Numbered from the stretch's first letter, positions 16,490-25,395 are shown. The stretch is 63,114 bases of DNA from Candidatus Aenigmatarchaeota archaeon (GCA_016187395.1 JACPJV010000009.1:1-63114); one strand, 5' to 3'. Program-made: numbers and translations. The notes: generated from the letters alone by a model not told the origin.

Positions 16490-16819
16490 TCATCCGGTCA
16501 ATTCTATTTCAATATTAACATCACGGGGAATTCTAATTCTTGTAATGCTGTGGAGAACACGCTCATTTGCTGCTACATCCAGGATTCTTTTGTGTATGCG
16601 CATCTCCCAGTGCTCCCAGTTGCCGCCACCGCCGCCGCGGTGCATGCCGTCGCCGCACGGAGTCTTCATGACAGGTATTTTCAGCGTCTTCGTAGGCAGC
16701 GGAATAGGACCTCTAACGACTACACCTGCCTTGTCTGCCATATCCTTTATTTCTGTGCATATGGAGTCAAGCTCCTTCGGGTCCTTTCCCGCCAGCTTTA
16801 TGCGCGCTGTCTGTACCAT
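16490..16819 (-). CDS. rps10: 30S ribosomal protein uS10
   Basis: ARIKLAGKDPKELD...GPIPLPTK...WEMRIHKRILD signatures. 109 aa. Confidence 0.95.
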   Translation of the reverse strand: MVQTARIKLAGKDPKELDSICTEIKDMADKAGVVVRGPIPLPTKTLKIPVMKTPCGDGMHRGGGGGNWEHWEMRIHKRILDVAANERVLHSITRIRIPRDVNIEIELTG

Positions 16820-16883
16820 AATATCACGTGAAACTGCTTTAACTCTGTATTAAGAATAAGGTATATAAGCGTTGCAGCAGGTT

Positions 16884-17264
16884 TCATTTCTTCCATACAG
16901 AGATTTTCTTGAGGACTTTGAGAAATCTTTGCCTGTTTTCAGGGTTCGTAAGAATGACAATGAAAACCTTGTCTTTCCCGTAGAAAATATCGATTCTTGT
17001 TCCTGTTTGGTGTATGTGCTCTCTTGTTGCCCCTGTGTAACTTTCATGCCTGTCTACGAAATCTTCAACCTTCTTTTCAACTGTATCTATATCTTCACCT
17101 TCCTTGTAATCAGAATATTTCACATCAACCATACCCCCGTAGCCAAAAGCCATTTCAAAGAATGTCTTGAGCCAGGGAAAGAAATGCTTATTTTTCCTAA
17201 CGATAAGATAGTTGAATGCATCCGCATTCCCTGCTCCAAGAATAGTTGCTTTTGGTATTTTCAT
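16884..17264 (-). CDS. hypothetical protein
   Basis: ORF trimmed to internal ATG 17264 to avoid overlapping the ndk start. No motif recognised. Confidence 0.4.
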   Translation of the reverse strand: MKIPKATILGAGNADAFNYLIVRKNKHFFPWLKTFFEMAFGYGGMVDVKYSDYKEGEDIDTVEKKVEDFVDRHESYTGATREHIHQTGTRIDIFYGKDKVFIVILTNPENRQRFLKVLKKISVWKK

Positions 17265-17316
17265 AGATAAAGTAAAACCCACAACAAATATAAACCTTGC
17301 TTTACATTCAGAGGCT

Positions 17317-17826
17317 ATGAAAGAAAGGACACTTGTCATTATCAAGCCTGACGGCGTTGAGCGCAACCTGATAGGGAAGATAATAGATTATTACGAAAGG
17401 GGAGGATTGAAGATAACTGCAATGAAGATGGTCAGGGCGGACAAGGCGCTTGTAGGCAGGCATTATCCCGAGGATGACGAGTACATGACTACGCTGGGCA
17501 AGAAGAGCGAGAAGGCAGGCGAAAAAATCAAGGACTACAAGGCGATGGGGCGCAAAATAGTAGGATGGCTGCGAACGTACATAACAAGAGGACCTGTTGT
17601 TGCGATGGTGCTTGAGGGCACAAACGCAATACAGCGCGTGCGTGAAATAACAGGCTACACAGACCCCTCTGCCGCGGAAAAAGGAACGATAAGAGGCGAT
17701 CTTGGAAATGATTCTATCCTGAAGGCAAACAAGGAGCGGCGATCTGCAGAGAACCTGATTCATGCGTCAGGCAACAGGGAAGAAGCGGAAAGGGAGATAA
17801 AACTGTGGTTTCCTGAGATGGGATGA
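17317..17826 (+). CDS. ndk: nucleoside diphosphate kinase with insertions
   Basis: ERTLVIIKPDGV, GPVVAMVLEG, TIRGDLG and NLIHASGN (active-site His). Two inserted segments relative to ~150-aa NDKs. Confidence 0.9.
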   Translation: MKERTLVIIKPDGVERNLIGKIIDYYERGGLKITAMKMVRADKALVGRHYPEDDEYMTTLGKKSEKAGEKIKDYKAMGRKIVGWLRTYITRGPVVAMVLEGTNAIQRVREITGYTDPSAAEKGTIRGDLGNDSILKANKERRSAENLIHASGNREEAEREIKLWFPEMG

Positions 17827-17835
17827 AGGTAATTG

Positions 17836-17977
17836 ATGTAGTGGTCTACATGTAATCTTCGAAAGAACTCCAATTAAAACCTCTGACTTCAGTCAGAGGA
17901 TAAAATACCGAGTTCTTTCGAGATGCTTTGCTTCAAGAAACCGCAGGCTTTAGCCTGCGGTTCATATGGAAGCAAAT
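17836..17977. repeat. nested-hairpin repeat element downstream of ndk
   Basis: ATGTAG/CTACAT hairpin, then TCGAAAGAACT[..CCTCTGAC ttca GTCAGAGG ATAAAATACCG]AGTTCTTTCGA, then TTGCTTC[..CCGCAGGC ttta GCCTGCGG..]GAAGCAA. Confidence 0.6.
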
Positions 17978-18168
17978 CATTTTCGCCATAATTTCTGCCG
18001 TATATATCAATGTCAAGAGATGAGAAAGACTTCTGGCAGTTTCTAAATAAACAGCCTTTTCTTGCATATATAATACTTTCTACTGCTAATCTGTTTTAAT
18101 GAGGAAAAGTGAAACGAGCGTTCTTCAGGACGCATTGCAGAACGCTCATGCAGTTTACGGTGATTTTC

Positions 18169-19887
18169 ATGCAGAATATTCGCCAGCCTATAATCGCAGT
18201 TTTGGGACACGTGGATCACGGGAAGACCACGTTTCTTGATAGAATCAGGCAGACGACTGTGGCTGCAAAGGAGCCTGGCCAGATTACGCAGGCGATAGGC
18301 GCGAGCGTGGTGCCTAAAAATGTCATTGAGAAGCTGTGCGGAAATCTGCTGGAAAAATTCAGATTTTCTGTGGAAGTGCCTGGACTGCTTTTCATAGACA
18401 CGCCAGGGCACGAGGCATTTACATCATTGCGCAGGCGCGGCGGCGCGCTGGCGGATCTGGCCGTGCTTATTGTTGATATAATGGAAGGCGTTATGCCGCA
18501 GACAGAGGAATCCCTGCGCATCCTGAAAGAAGAAAAAACGCCATTCGTCGTGGCTGTGAATAAAATTGACAGGATAAGAGGATGGCGTTCATTGGGCGAA
18601 GAGCAGCCTGATTTTGCAAAGCAGGAATTTGAGGAAAGATTCTACAAGGTGCTTGAACAAATATCAAGATTTGGATTTGCCTGCGACAAGTATGACAGGA
18701 TTCCTGATTTCAAAAAAGCCGTGGCAGCTGTGCCTATGAGCGGAAAGACAGGAGAAGGCGTGCCTGAAATAATGGCAATGCTGGTCGGCCTTTCACAGAC
18801 TTTTCTGAAGATAACAGAAGAAGGACGCGGCTTTATTCTGGAAGTAAGAGAAACAACAGGACTGGGAAAAACAGCTGATGTGATTCTTTACGACGGTAAA
18901 ATAGAAAAAGGCAGCTGGATAGCTGTCGGAGGTCCAGACCCATTTCTAACCAAAATAAAGGCTTTGTTAGTAATCAAACCTCTGAAGGAAATGCGAGCAG
19001 AGAATCATTTTTTGCAGGTAGATGAATGCGCAGCAGCCTGCGGAGTAAAAATTGCTGCACCTGAAATTGAAAGGGCAGTAGCAGGTGCCGGGATAATCGT
19101 AGGGAAGGATAAAAAAAGCGCAGAAGAATCACTGGAAGAGCTGGAAAAGGAACGAATGCAAACAGAGGTTCACAGGGAAACAGAAGGGCTTGTGGTAAAA
19201 ACTGATACAATCGGAAGTTTAGAGGCGTTGCTTAATGTTCTCAAAGACTATCCGATAAAAGAAGCGACCATAGGAGCGGTAACAAGAGGGAATATACTTC
19301 TTGCGCAGGCGAACGAAGAAGAAAAGAACAGGGTCGTGATTGCGTTCAATGCAGATACTTCAGAAGAAATGCAGGCTCTGGCAAAGAAAAGCGGTGTTGC
19401 AATAATAAAAACTGATGTCATATATCACATCATAGACGAATACGAAGATTTTGTGAAAAGACTTGCTGAAGAACTGATGGACAAACAGGTTGCAGATGCA
19501 ACAAGGCCTGCTGAAATCCATATTCTAAAAGGATACGTGTTCAGGCAGAGCCATCCTGCTATAGTGGGCTGCGAAATAAAAGGCATTCTGAAGCCCGGTT
19601 GTTCCCTGTTAAAAGAAGGCAGAGGAATAGTAGGAACTGTAAAACAAATGCAGAAGGAGGGCAAAAATGTTGAGGATGCAAAAAGCGGGGACAAGGTGGC
19701 CGTGAGCATCGAGGGACCGACAGTCGGGAGGCAGATAGAGGAAGGAGACGTTTTATACACAGATATAAGCAGCGAGGATTACAAAAAACTGCGCGAATAT
19801 GAAGAGCTGCTTACAAAAGATGAAGCGGATATCTTAGAAATAGTTGCGGAAATGAAAAGGAAATCCGACAAGATGTATGGGTTGTGA
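18169..19887 (+). CDS. infB: translation initiation factor aIF5B (IF-2)
   Basis: RQPIIAVLGHVDHGKTTFLDRIR, DTPGHEAF and NKIDR. The start is placed at the ATG just before the G domain. The track ORF starts at 18109. Confidence 0.93.
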   Translation: MQNIRQPIIAVLGHVDHGKTTFLDRIRQTTVAAKEPGQITQAIGASVVPKNVIEKLCGNLLEKFRFSVEVPGLLFIDTPGHEAFTSLRRRGGALADLAVLIVDIMEGVMPQTEESLRILKEEKTPFVVAVNKIDRIRGWRSLGEEQPDFAKQEFEERFYKVLEQISRFGFACDKYDRIPDFKKAVAAVPMSGKTGEGVPEIMAMLVGLSQTFLKITEEGRGFILEVRETTGLGKTADVILYDGKIEKGSWIAVGGPDPFLTKIKALLVIKPLKEMRAENHFLQVDECAAACGVKIAAPEIERAVAGAGIIVGKDKKSAEESLEELEKERMQTEVHRETEGLVVKTDTIGSLEALLNVLKDYPIKEATIGAVTRGNILLAQANEEEKNRVVIAFNADTSEEMQALAKKSGVAIIKTDVIYHIIDEYEDFVKRLAEELMDKQVADATRPAEIHILKGYVFRQSHPAIVGCEIKGILKPGCSLLKEGRGIVGTVKQMQKEGKNVEDAKSGDKVAVSIEGPTVGRQIEEGDVLYTDISSEDYKKLREYEELLTKDEADILEIVAEMKRKSDKMYGL

Positions 19888-19903
19888 TACAAAAGGTGAT
19901 GAT

Positions 19904-20551
19904 ATGACGAGTGGGACGTATCCGCTTTTTGATAAATTGACAGGCGACTACGCCTTCTACAGGGAACAGAGTGACTTGATGACAAAAGTTTTTCCAGAAG
20001 GACAGCGAATATTAAGCCTCGGAGATGGGTTTGGGAATGTCTCCAGAATGCTGGCTACCAGATGCAGTGTTGTCGACGTTGATATAGATAATGAGGCATG
20101 CAGATACATAAGGAAAAAGGACGGGAAAATCGCGGTCGTAAGAGGAAATGTTCACTACCTTCCTTTTGCTGATAGTGCTTTCGACGGCGCAGTATGCCCC
20201 AGCAATTTCGGAGTTTTTCAAGAACGAAAGTTTCTCTACGAAACTGCACGAGTGCTGAGGATAGGTGCGTTGCTTTCAGTAACAGGATTTAACAGGGAAA
20301 AGATGCAAGGAGTATCGGTAAAAAACATACTTCCAGAACTAGAGCGACGAGCGCGAAGAGTTTTGTCAGAAGAGGAATTATGGATATTACCGTTGTATCT
20401 GGAGGGAGTCAGAGAAAGGTTTGAGTGTATGAATTTGGAACCGTCTATAGGTGAGGTGATGTCTTTACTGAAGTCAGCTGGATTCTCTATCCAAGACACC
20501 TCTTCTTTTCACAGAGGATATAACTGGCATGCCGTGGCCGAAAGGAAGTGA
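19904..20551 (+). CDS. class I SAM-dependent methyltransferase-like protein
   Basis: ILSLGDGFGNVSRMLA (motif I-like), VVDVDIDNEA, and LPFADSAFDGAV. Moderately degenerate. Confidence 0.6.
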   Translation: MTSGTYPLFDKLTGDYAFYREQSDLMTKVFPEGQRILSLGDGFGNVSRMLATRCSVVDVDIDNEACRYIRKKDGKIAVVRGNVHYLPFADSAFDGAVCPSNFGVFQERKFLYETARVLRIGALLSVTGFNREKMQGVSVKNILPELERRARRVLSEEELWILPLYLEGVRERFECMNLEPSIGEVMSLLKSAGFSIQDTSSFHRGYNWHAVAERK

Positions 20552-20554
20552 TAA

Positions 20555-20704
20555 TGTGAAACAAGGAAATAATACCGACATGTCCTTGTTTCACATTATA
20601 CAAGCAGAACCATTCGGGTTCTGCTGTACAGCAGGAGCTCTGCTCCTGCTTGTAGTGCACAAGGAATTATCATATCCCGATTTATTCCTTGTAGCACTAT
20701 AAAA
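20555..20704. repeat. hairpin-array repeat element, copy related to 45177-45325
   Basis: 13-bp perfect stem TGTGAAACAAGGA/TCCTTGTTTCACA, then TACAAG-CAGAACC/GGTTCTG-CTGTACAG-CAGGAGC/GCTCCTG-CTTGTAG, then stem TGCACAAGGA/TCCTTGTAGCA and CTATAAAA. It starts 4 nt after a stop codon. Confidence 0.85.
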
Positions 20705-20911
20705 TGGTCGTGGAACTCTTTCCAGCTGTGAATGACAGCGACAGAGCGGTAGGAAAGGCTACATGATAAAAAATGCAGAAAAATACACCAACTTTTTTAG
20801 AATTGTAATCAGAGAGATGACGAGCAGGAAGTTGCTATCTATTAAGAGTAAGTAAGAAATATAAAGAAGGATTAAAAACTTCAGCTTTTAAATTTTTCAG
20901 AGACGATTCTT

Positions 20912-22657
20912 TTGAGGTGTGGGCGTGTGGGGGAAAAACAACTGTACGATTTTGTGATAACAGCGGATGAGTCGTGCATGCACAACTATAACATGAGCTT
21001 TATGGCCGGCTTCCTCTCGTGCGTGCCTATCGACAGACTGCCAAAGCAGGTAAAGGAATACATTGAGAACAGATTCTTTTCTACAGTGCCGAACAACGAC
21101 GGGAAGGCTGAGCTTGCGATATTATCCTTGCGCAAGATAGAGTCGTATCTGACAGAGCTTGGATATAATGTCGTTGTTTGCCCTCCGCAGCTTGTGCAGA
21201 ATTTTGATGCAAAGGTCTGGCTGGTTTCAACGATGGATCCTTTCGGGATAGGCCCTGCTACGACAACGATGGTTGGTCTTGCAGGAGGAAAGGAACCATT
21301 CAACAAGTATTTCTTTGAAAGGCTTATAGGAAAGATAAGAGAAAGGAGCAACGCACCGATTATCGCAGGAGGGCCCGGCGTGTGGGAATTCGACCTGTTC
21401 AAGGAAGAACAGGCAAGGATGAATATAAACTGCGTGTTCACCGGTGCAGTTGAAAGTGCGCCGCGTGAATTCTGGCAGAGTATATTAGAGGGCAGGGTGC
21501 CTGAAAAATACCACAATATTCATGTGATGAGACCTGATCCCTACCCGATAATAGGGACGAGCTTCTGGGGCATGGTTGAGATAAGCAGAGGTTGCGGAAG
21601 GGGGTGCCAGTTCTGTGACATGGAATTAATGAGCGGATTCAAGTGGATTCCGAAGGAATTTATAATAAAAGAGGCAGAACTGAACGCAGAATCGCCTTAT
21701 ACTGATACAATTACCTTGCTGTCAGAAGACACACTTCGGTATGGAACAGCAGTAGGCGAATGGAAGCCAAACGGCAAGATAAATGAATTATGCAAAGAGC
21801 TTGTCAAATTCGGAAAGCCGCTTTCTTTCACGCATTGTTGCTTAGCGACAGCCCTGGCAAACCCAAGGGTTACGGAGGAATTTTCAGAGATAAGCGGGCT
21901 TAGTGAAAAGAGGATGACAGGGTTCCAGACAGGAATAGAGAGCGGATCACCGAGAATTATCGCGAGGTACATGGTCGGCAAGCTCAAGCCGTGGAAGCCT
22001 GAGGACTGGCCTGAGGTTGTTGAACAAGGAATGGCGGTCATGATAGATAATTACATAATTCCGCACTGCACTATTGTTATGGGCCTGCCCGAGGAAACGC
22101 CGGATGACACTGTCAAGACTATAGAATTAATAGACCGTCTTCAAGGATATCCTTCGCTTATACTGCCGCTATTCTTCGTGCCGCTCAGCGTGATAAAAGA
22201 CAGGCCTTTTGTTGCTGACATGCTCTCCTCTGAACAGAGAGACTTGCTAATAGCAAGCGCAAGACATACTGCGAAGTGGGCGCAAAGGCTGCCAAACTGG
22301 TCGGGCTCTTTAGGATTAAAAGACAAGATTGTCTTCACAGCAGGCGCAAGATACTGCTTCGATTTCATGGAAACTCTGAAGACAGGAGAGAAATGGGATA
22401 TGACAAAGATGCTGTCTGCAGTTATGAAGGCGTCGCTTGCAGCCACGTGGGATCATATGAGGCACAGGGGGCAGAAGCTGGAATACTGGAATAAGACGAA
22501 GAGGCAATACCCGGTAGTTGAAAGGATCTCGCAGATGCGTGCCATGCCTATGATTGCAAGCATGCAAGCAGACAGGCCGCCCGGAAGCGGGTGCGGATGC
22601 GGAATGGGCGGAACAGCGAATAACCTGATGGCGGAGAATCTATCAAAGGGATTGTAA
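20912..22657 (+). CDS. radical SAM protein with N-terminal B12-binding-like domain
   Basis: EISRGCGRGCQFCDM (CxxxCxxC) after a Rossmann-like N-domain. C-terminal PPGSGCGCGMGG tail. TTG start after a CTTTTAAATTTTT box. Confidence 0.8.
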   Translation: MRCGRVGEKQLYDFVITADESCMHNYNMSFMAGFLSCVPIDRLPKQVKEYIENRFFSTVPNNDGKAELAILSLRKIESYLTELGYNVVVCPPQLVQNFDAKVWLVSTMDPFGIGPATTTMVGLAGGKEPFNKYFFERLIGKIRERSNAPIIAGGPGVWEFDLFKEEQARMNINCVFTGAVESAPREFWQSILEGRVPEKYHNIHVMRPDPYPIIGTSFWGMVEISRGCGRGCQFCDMELMSGFKWIPKEFIIKEAELNAESPYTDTITLLSEDTLRYGTAVGEWKPNGKINELCKELVKFGKPLSFTHCCLATALANPRVTEEFSEISGLSEKRMTGFQTGIESGSPRIIARYMVGKLKPWKPEDWPEVVEQGMAVMIDNYIIPHCTIVMGLPEETPDDTVKTIELIDRLQGYPSLILPLFFVPLSVIKDRPFVADMLSSEQRDLLIASARHTAKWAQRLPNWSGSLGLKDKIVFTAGARYCFDFMETLKTGEKWDMTKMLSAVMKASLAATWDHMRHRGQKLEYWNKTKRQYPVVERISQMRAMPMIASMQADRPPGSGCGCGMGGTANNLMAENLSKGL

Positions 22658-22746
22658 ACAGAATTATTCATTCGATTCTTTCCAGGGCAAACAAATAGGC
22701 TTTTAAATCTTGCTTACCTTGAGTCAGAAAGGTGCATGCATGTTTC

Positions 22747-22795
22747 GTGGGAAGAGCGAAGCTCTTCCACGTCCAGAAGAGCCAGCAGCTCTTCT
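22747..22795. repeat. double GC-rich hairpin module upstream of rps6e
   Basis: GGAAGAGC gaa GCTCTTCC and AGAAGAGC cagca GCTCTTCT separated by 6 nt. These are the same purine-arm/pyrimidine-arm stem type as the other repeat loci. Confidence 0.55.
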
Positions 22796-22828
22796 TAGAT
22801 CATGCAGGAAAACGTGAGGTGTGTTTCG

Positions 22829-23278
22829 ATGCCTGTGTTCAGATTCGTGGTGAGCAGCGGAAGCAAAAGCTGGCAAGTGGAGAAAGAGCAGTCGGAATGC
22901 CCTGTTCTCGGAAAGAAGATCGGAGAGACTTTTAATGCAGGCTTTCTGGGGCTGGACGGTTATTCTTTGAAAATAACCGGAGGAACGGACAAGGACGGCA
23001 TTCCCCAAAACAAAAACCTTGAAATTACCGGCAAAAGGAAACTGCTGTTCACAAGAGGCTTTGGGTTCTCTGGCAAGAAAAGACCTCCTGGAAGGAAGAA
23101 GGTGAAAGCAACAATGCGCAAAGGACTCAGAAAGAGAAGAATATCAAGGGGGAACATCATTAGTGCGGACACGATGCAGATTAATTGCATAGTTCAGGAA
23201 GAAGGCCCGAAGAAGATGGAGGACATACTGCCAAAGAAGGAAAAGGCAAAGGAAGCGAACGCGACAGAGAAGAAGTAG
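22829..23278 (+). CDS. rps6e: 30S ribosomal protein eS6
   Basis: FRFVVSSGSKSWQVE...LGKKIGETF...KITGGTDKDGIPQ pattern. Lys-rich C-terminus. Confidence 0.9.
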   Translation: MPVFRFVVSSGSKSWQVEKEQSECPVLGKKIGETFNAGFLGLDGYSLKITGGTDKDGIPQNKNLEITGKRKLLFTRGFGFSGKKRPPGRKKVKATMRKGLRKRRISRGNIISADTMQINCIVQEEGPKKMEDILPKKEKAKEANATEKK

Positions 23279-23339
23279 GAAGAAAATATCCTAAAGACAG
23301 CTTTAAATAAATTTTCTATTTGTTGAATTTAGTGAGCGT

Positions 23340-23939
23340 ATGGATATAGAACAACTAGGCAATTCCACCTCTGTTATAAGATTTGACGGCTGGCATTTTG
23401 CGCCTGTTGCAAGGAAAATTAAGGAAATTTTGCGCGAACGTCCTGACGCGGCTTTGCAATACGGTGATATTGTGATGGCGAGACTTGAAGCTGAAGAGCT
23501 GGATGTTGGCGAATTCGAGATAGGCACGAGATTTGGAGAGGGCCTGGCACTTGTAAATCTAGAATCAGGAGAGAGCGTTGTTTCACCTTCTGAAGGACAG
23601 ATGGATATCAGGAGGTACAGTGCGCAATTTGCACGGAAATACAAATGGAGCGATGTAAATTTCCGCGTTCTGGTTCCCGAAAGAAAGGGCATGATATATG
23701 TTGCTCATGATATTCCTGGAAGAAGCGATAGGACGTTTGTTCAATGGGCATATCACGCTCACGGTAGAGAGGCAGAAGAGATTCTCTCGGACGCAGAGTA
23801 CGGAATGTTTCAAGTATCGGGTAAACCTGTCCTTAATCTTGCCAATCTTATAAGAGGGGAACGCGCCTTTCTTATGGGAGAAGTGCTTATTGGGGCGACC
23901 GGTATTTACAGAGAGATTCCTAGAGGAAAATCTATCTAA
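23340..23939 (+). CDS. ORFan, paralog A of the pair flanking aIF2-gamma
   Basis: Shares LDVGEFEIGT, RRYSAQFARKY, RVLVPE..G.IYV, DIPGRSD..FVQW and YREIPRG blocks with 25396..25974. Confidence 0.6.
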   Translation: MDIEQLGNSTSVIRFDGWHFAPVARKIKEILRERPDAALQYGDIVMARLEAEELDVGEFEIGTRFGEGLALVNLESGESVVSPSEGQMDIRRYSAQFARKYKWSDVNFRVLVPERKGMIYVAHDIPGRSDRTFVQWAYHAHGREAEEILSDAEYGMFQVSGKPVLNLANLIRGERAFLMGEVLIGATGIYREIPRGKSI

Positions 23940-24086
23940 CTTTGGTGAGGAGAACAAACCTGTATTACCTCTGCCTGAAGATCAGAGGTTTTAAGAGGAG
24001 GCTTCCGCAGATAAACTATCAATTCGGTATTTGTTCCTTGTTCAATATTGCAGAGCCTTAATCAGCTCGCTCCGCTCCTTATCATA

Positions 24087-24096
24087 CATTTAATAC
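24087..24096 (+). promoter_or_regulatory. TATA-box candidate for aIF2-gamma (leaderless GTG)
   Basis: CATTTAATAC is centred ~27 nt upstream of GTG 24119. Confidence 0.35.
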
Positions 24097-24118
24097 TTTA
24101 TTCCACACCTTTAGTGAG

Positions 24119-25348
24119 GTGATTATTTTCACAAAGGAAGAGAAGGGAGGGAGGACTGAAGTAAGCATAGGCGTTGTGGGTCACGTAGACCATGGAAAGA
24201 CTACGCTTGTGAAAGCATTAACAGGCAAATGGACTTCCACATACAGCGAAGAATTAAAAAGAGGGATCACAATCAGGCTAGGCTATGCTGACGCGAAATT
24301 TTATTATTGCGAGAAAGACAATTCATATTGTCCAACTCAGAAATGCAGCAAATGCTTTGGTGATGCTAAATTTGCAAGGGCAGTGTCGTTTGTGGATGCA
24401 CCCGGGCATGAGACGCTGATGGCGACGGTACTGAGCGGCGCAGCGCTAATGGACGGCGCGCTGCTGATTATATCTGCGACTGAAAAATGTCCCAGACCGC
24501 AAACGGCTGAACACTTAAAGGCGCTGGAGATTGCGGGCATAGGCAAGATCGTGATCGTGCAAAATAAAATAGATGCTGTTGATGAAAAAAGGGCAAGGGA
24601 AAGTTGCAGGGAGATAAAGGATTTTGTGAAAGGATCCATAGCTGATAATTCACCAATAATCCCTGTATCAGCATTGCACAATGCGAACATAGACATACTC
24701 ATAGAGACGATAGAAAAAGTAATCGAAACACCGGAGCGGAGCCTGAATGATGATTCTGTATTCTATGCGGCACGATCATTTGACGTGAACAAGCCCGGGA
24801 CAGACATTGAAAAGCTCAAGGGAGGCGTTATAGGAGGGGCGCTTTCCAAAGGGAGCATAGAGAAAGGGTCTGAGATAGAAATAGCCCCCGGCTTTAATGA
24901 GAATGGCGTATTCAAAAAACTAAAAACAAAAGTAGTGGGCATAGTGCAGGCGGATTTGCCTCAGGAAAAGGCATATCCAGGCGGACTGGTTGCACTGGAA
25001 ACATCTTTGGACCCGAGCCTGACAAGAGGCGATGTTCTGGCAGGAAATCTTGCAGGGCTTCCTGGAAAGCTGCCTGAATGCAAATTTGTGGTAAAATTCA
25101 AGCCAAACCTTTTTGACTATGTCATAGGCGTGGGCGGGCAGACAGTTGTAAGCCCGATAAAAACAGGCGACGCCCTTCTTGTAACACATGCGGTTGAAAA
25201 AAGCGTGGGCGCGGTCACGTCAGGCTCTGAAAAAGGCGTGGAATTAAAATTAAAGATACCGCTGTGCGTGCAGAAAGGGGATAAAATTGCACTATCAAGG
25301 CAGTCTGGCGGACGCTGGCATCTGATAGGATGGGGGGAGATAGTGTAG
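24119..25348 (+). CDS. eif2g: translation initiation factor aIF2 gamma subunit
   Basis: GVVGHVDHGKTTLVKALTG, the Cys-knuckle CEKDNSYCPTQKCSKC, DAPGHE and QNKID. Confidence 0.95.
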   Translation: MIIFTKEEKGGRTEVSIGVVGHVDHGKTTLVKALTGKWTSTYSEELKRGITIRLGYADAKFYYCEKDNSYCPTQKCSKCFGDAKFARAVSFVDAPGHETLMATVLSGAALMDGALLIISATEKCPRPQTAEHLKALEIAGIGKIVIVQNKIDAVDEKRARESCREIKDFVKGSIADNSPIIPVSALHNANIDILIETIEKVIETPERSLNDDSVFYAARSFDVNKPGTDIEKLKGGVIGGALSKGSIEKGSEIEIAPGFNENGVFKKLKTKVVGIVQADLPQEKAYPGGLVALETSLDPSLTRGDVLAGNLAGLPGKLPECKFVVKFKPNLFDYVIGVGGQTVVSPIKTGDALLVTHAVEKSVGAVTSGSEKGVELKLKIPLCVQKGDKIALSRQSGGRWHLIGWGEIV

Positions 25349-25395
25349 ATTAAAGGATTCTGCTTTTAATTAAGTTATATCATGAGCGTGAAAAC

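Noticed and set aside
16451-16853. Plus-strand ORFs of 126 and 102 aa over rps10
   Set aside because: They are antisense to the clearly recognisable uS10 gene.
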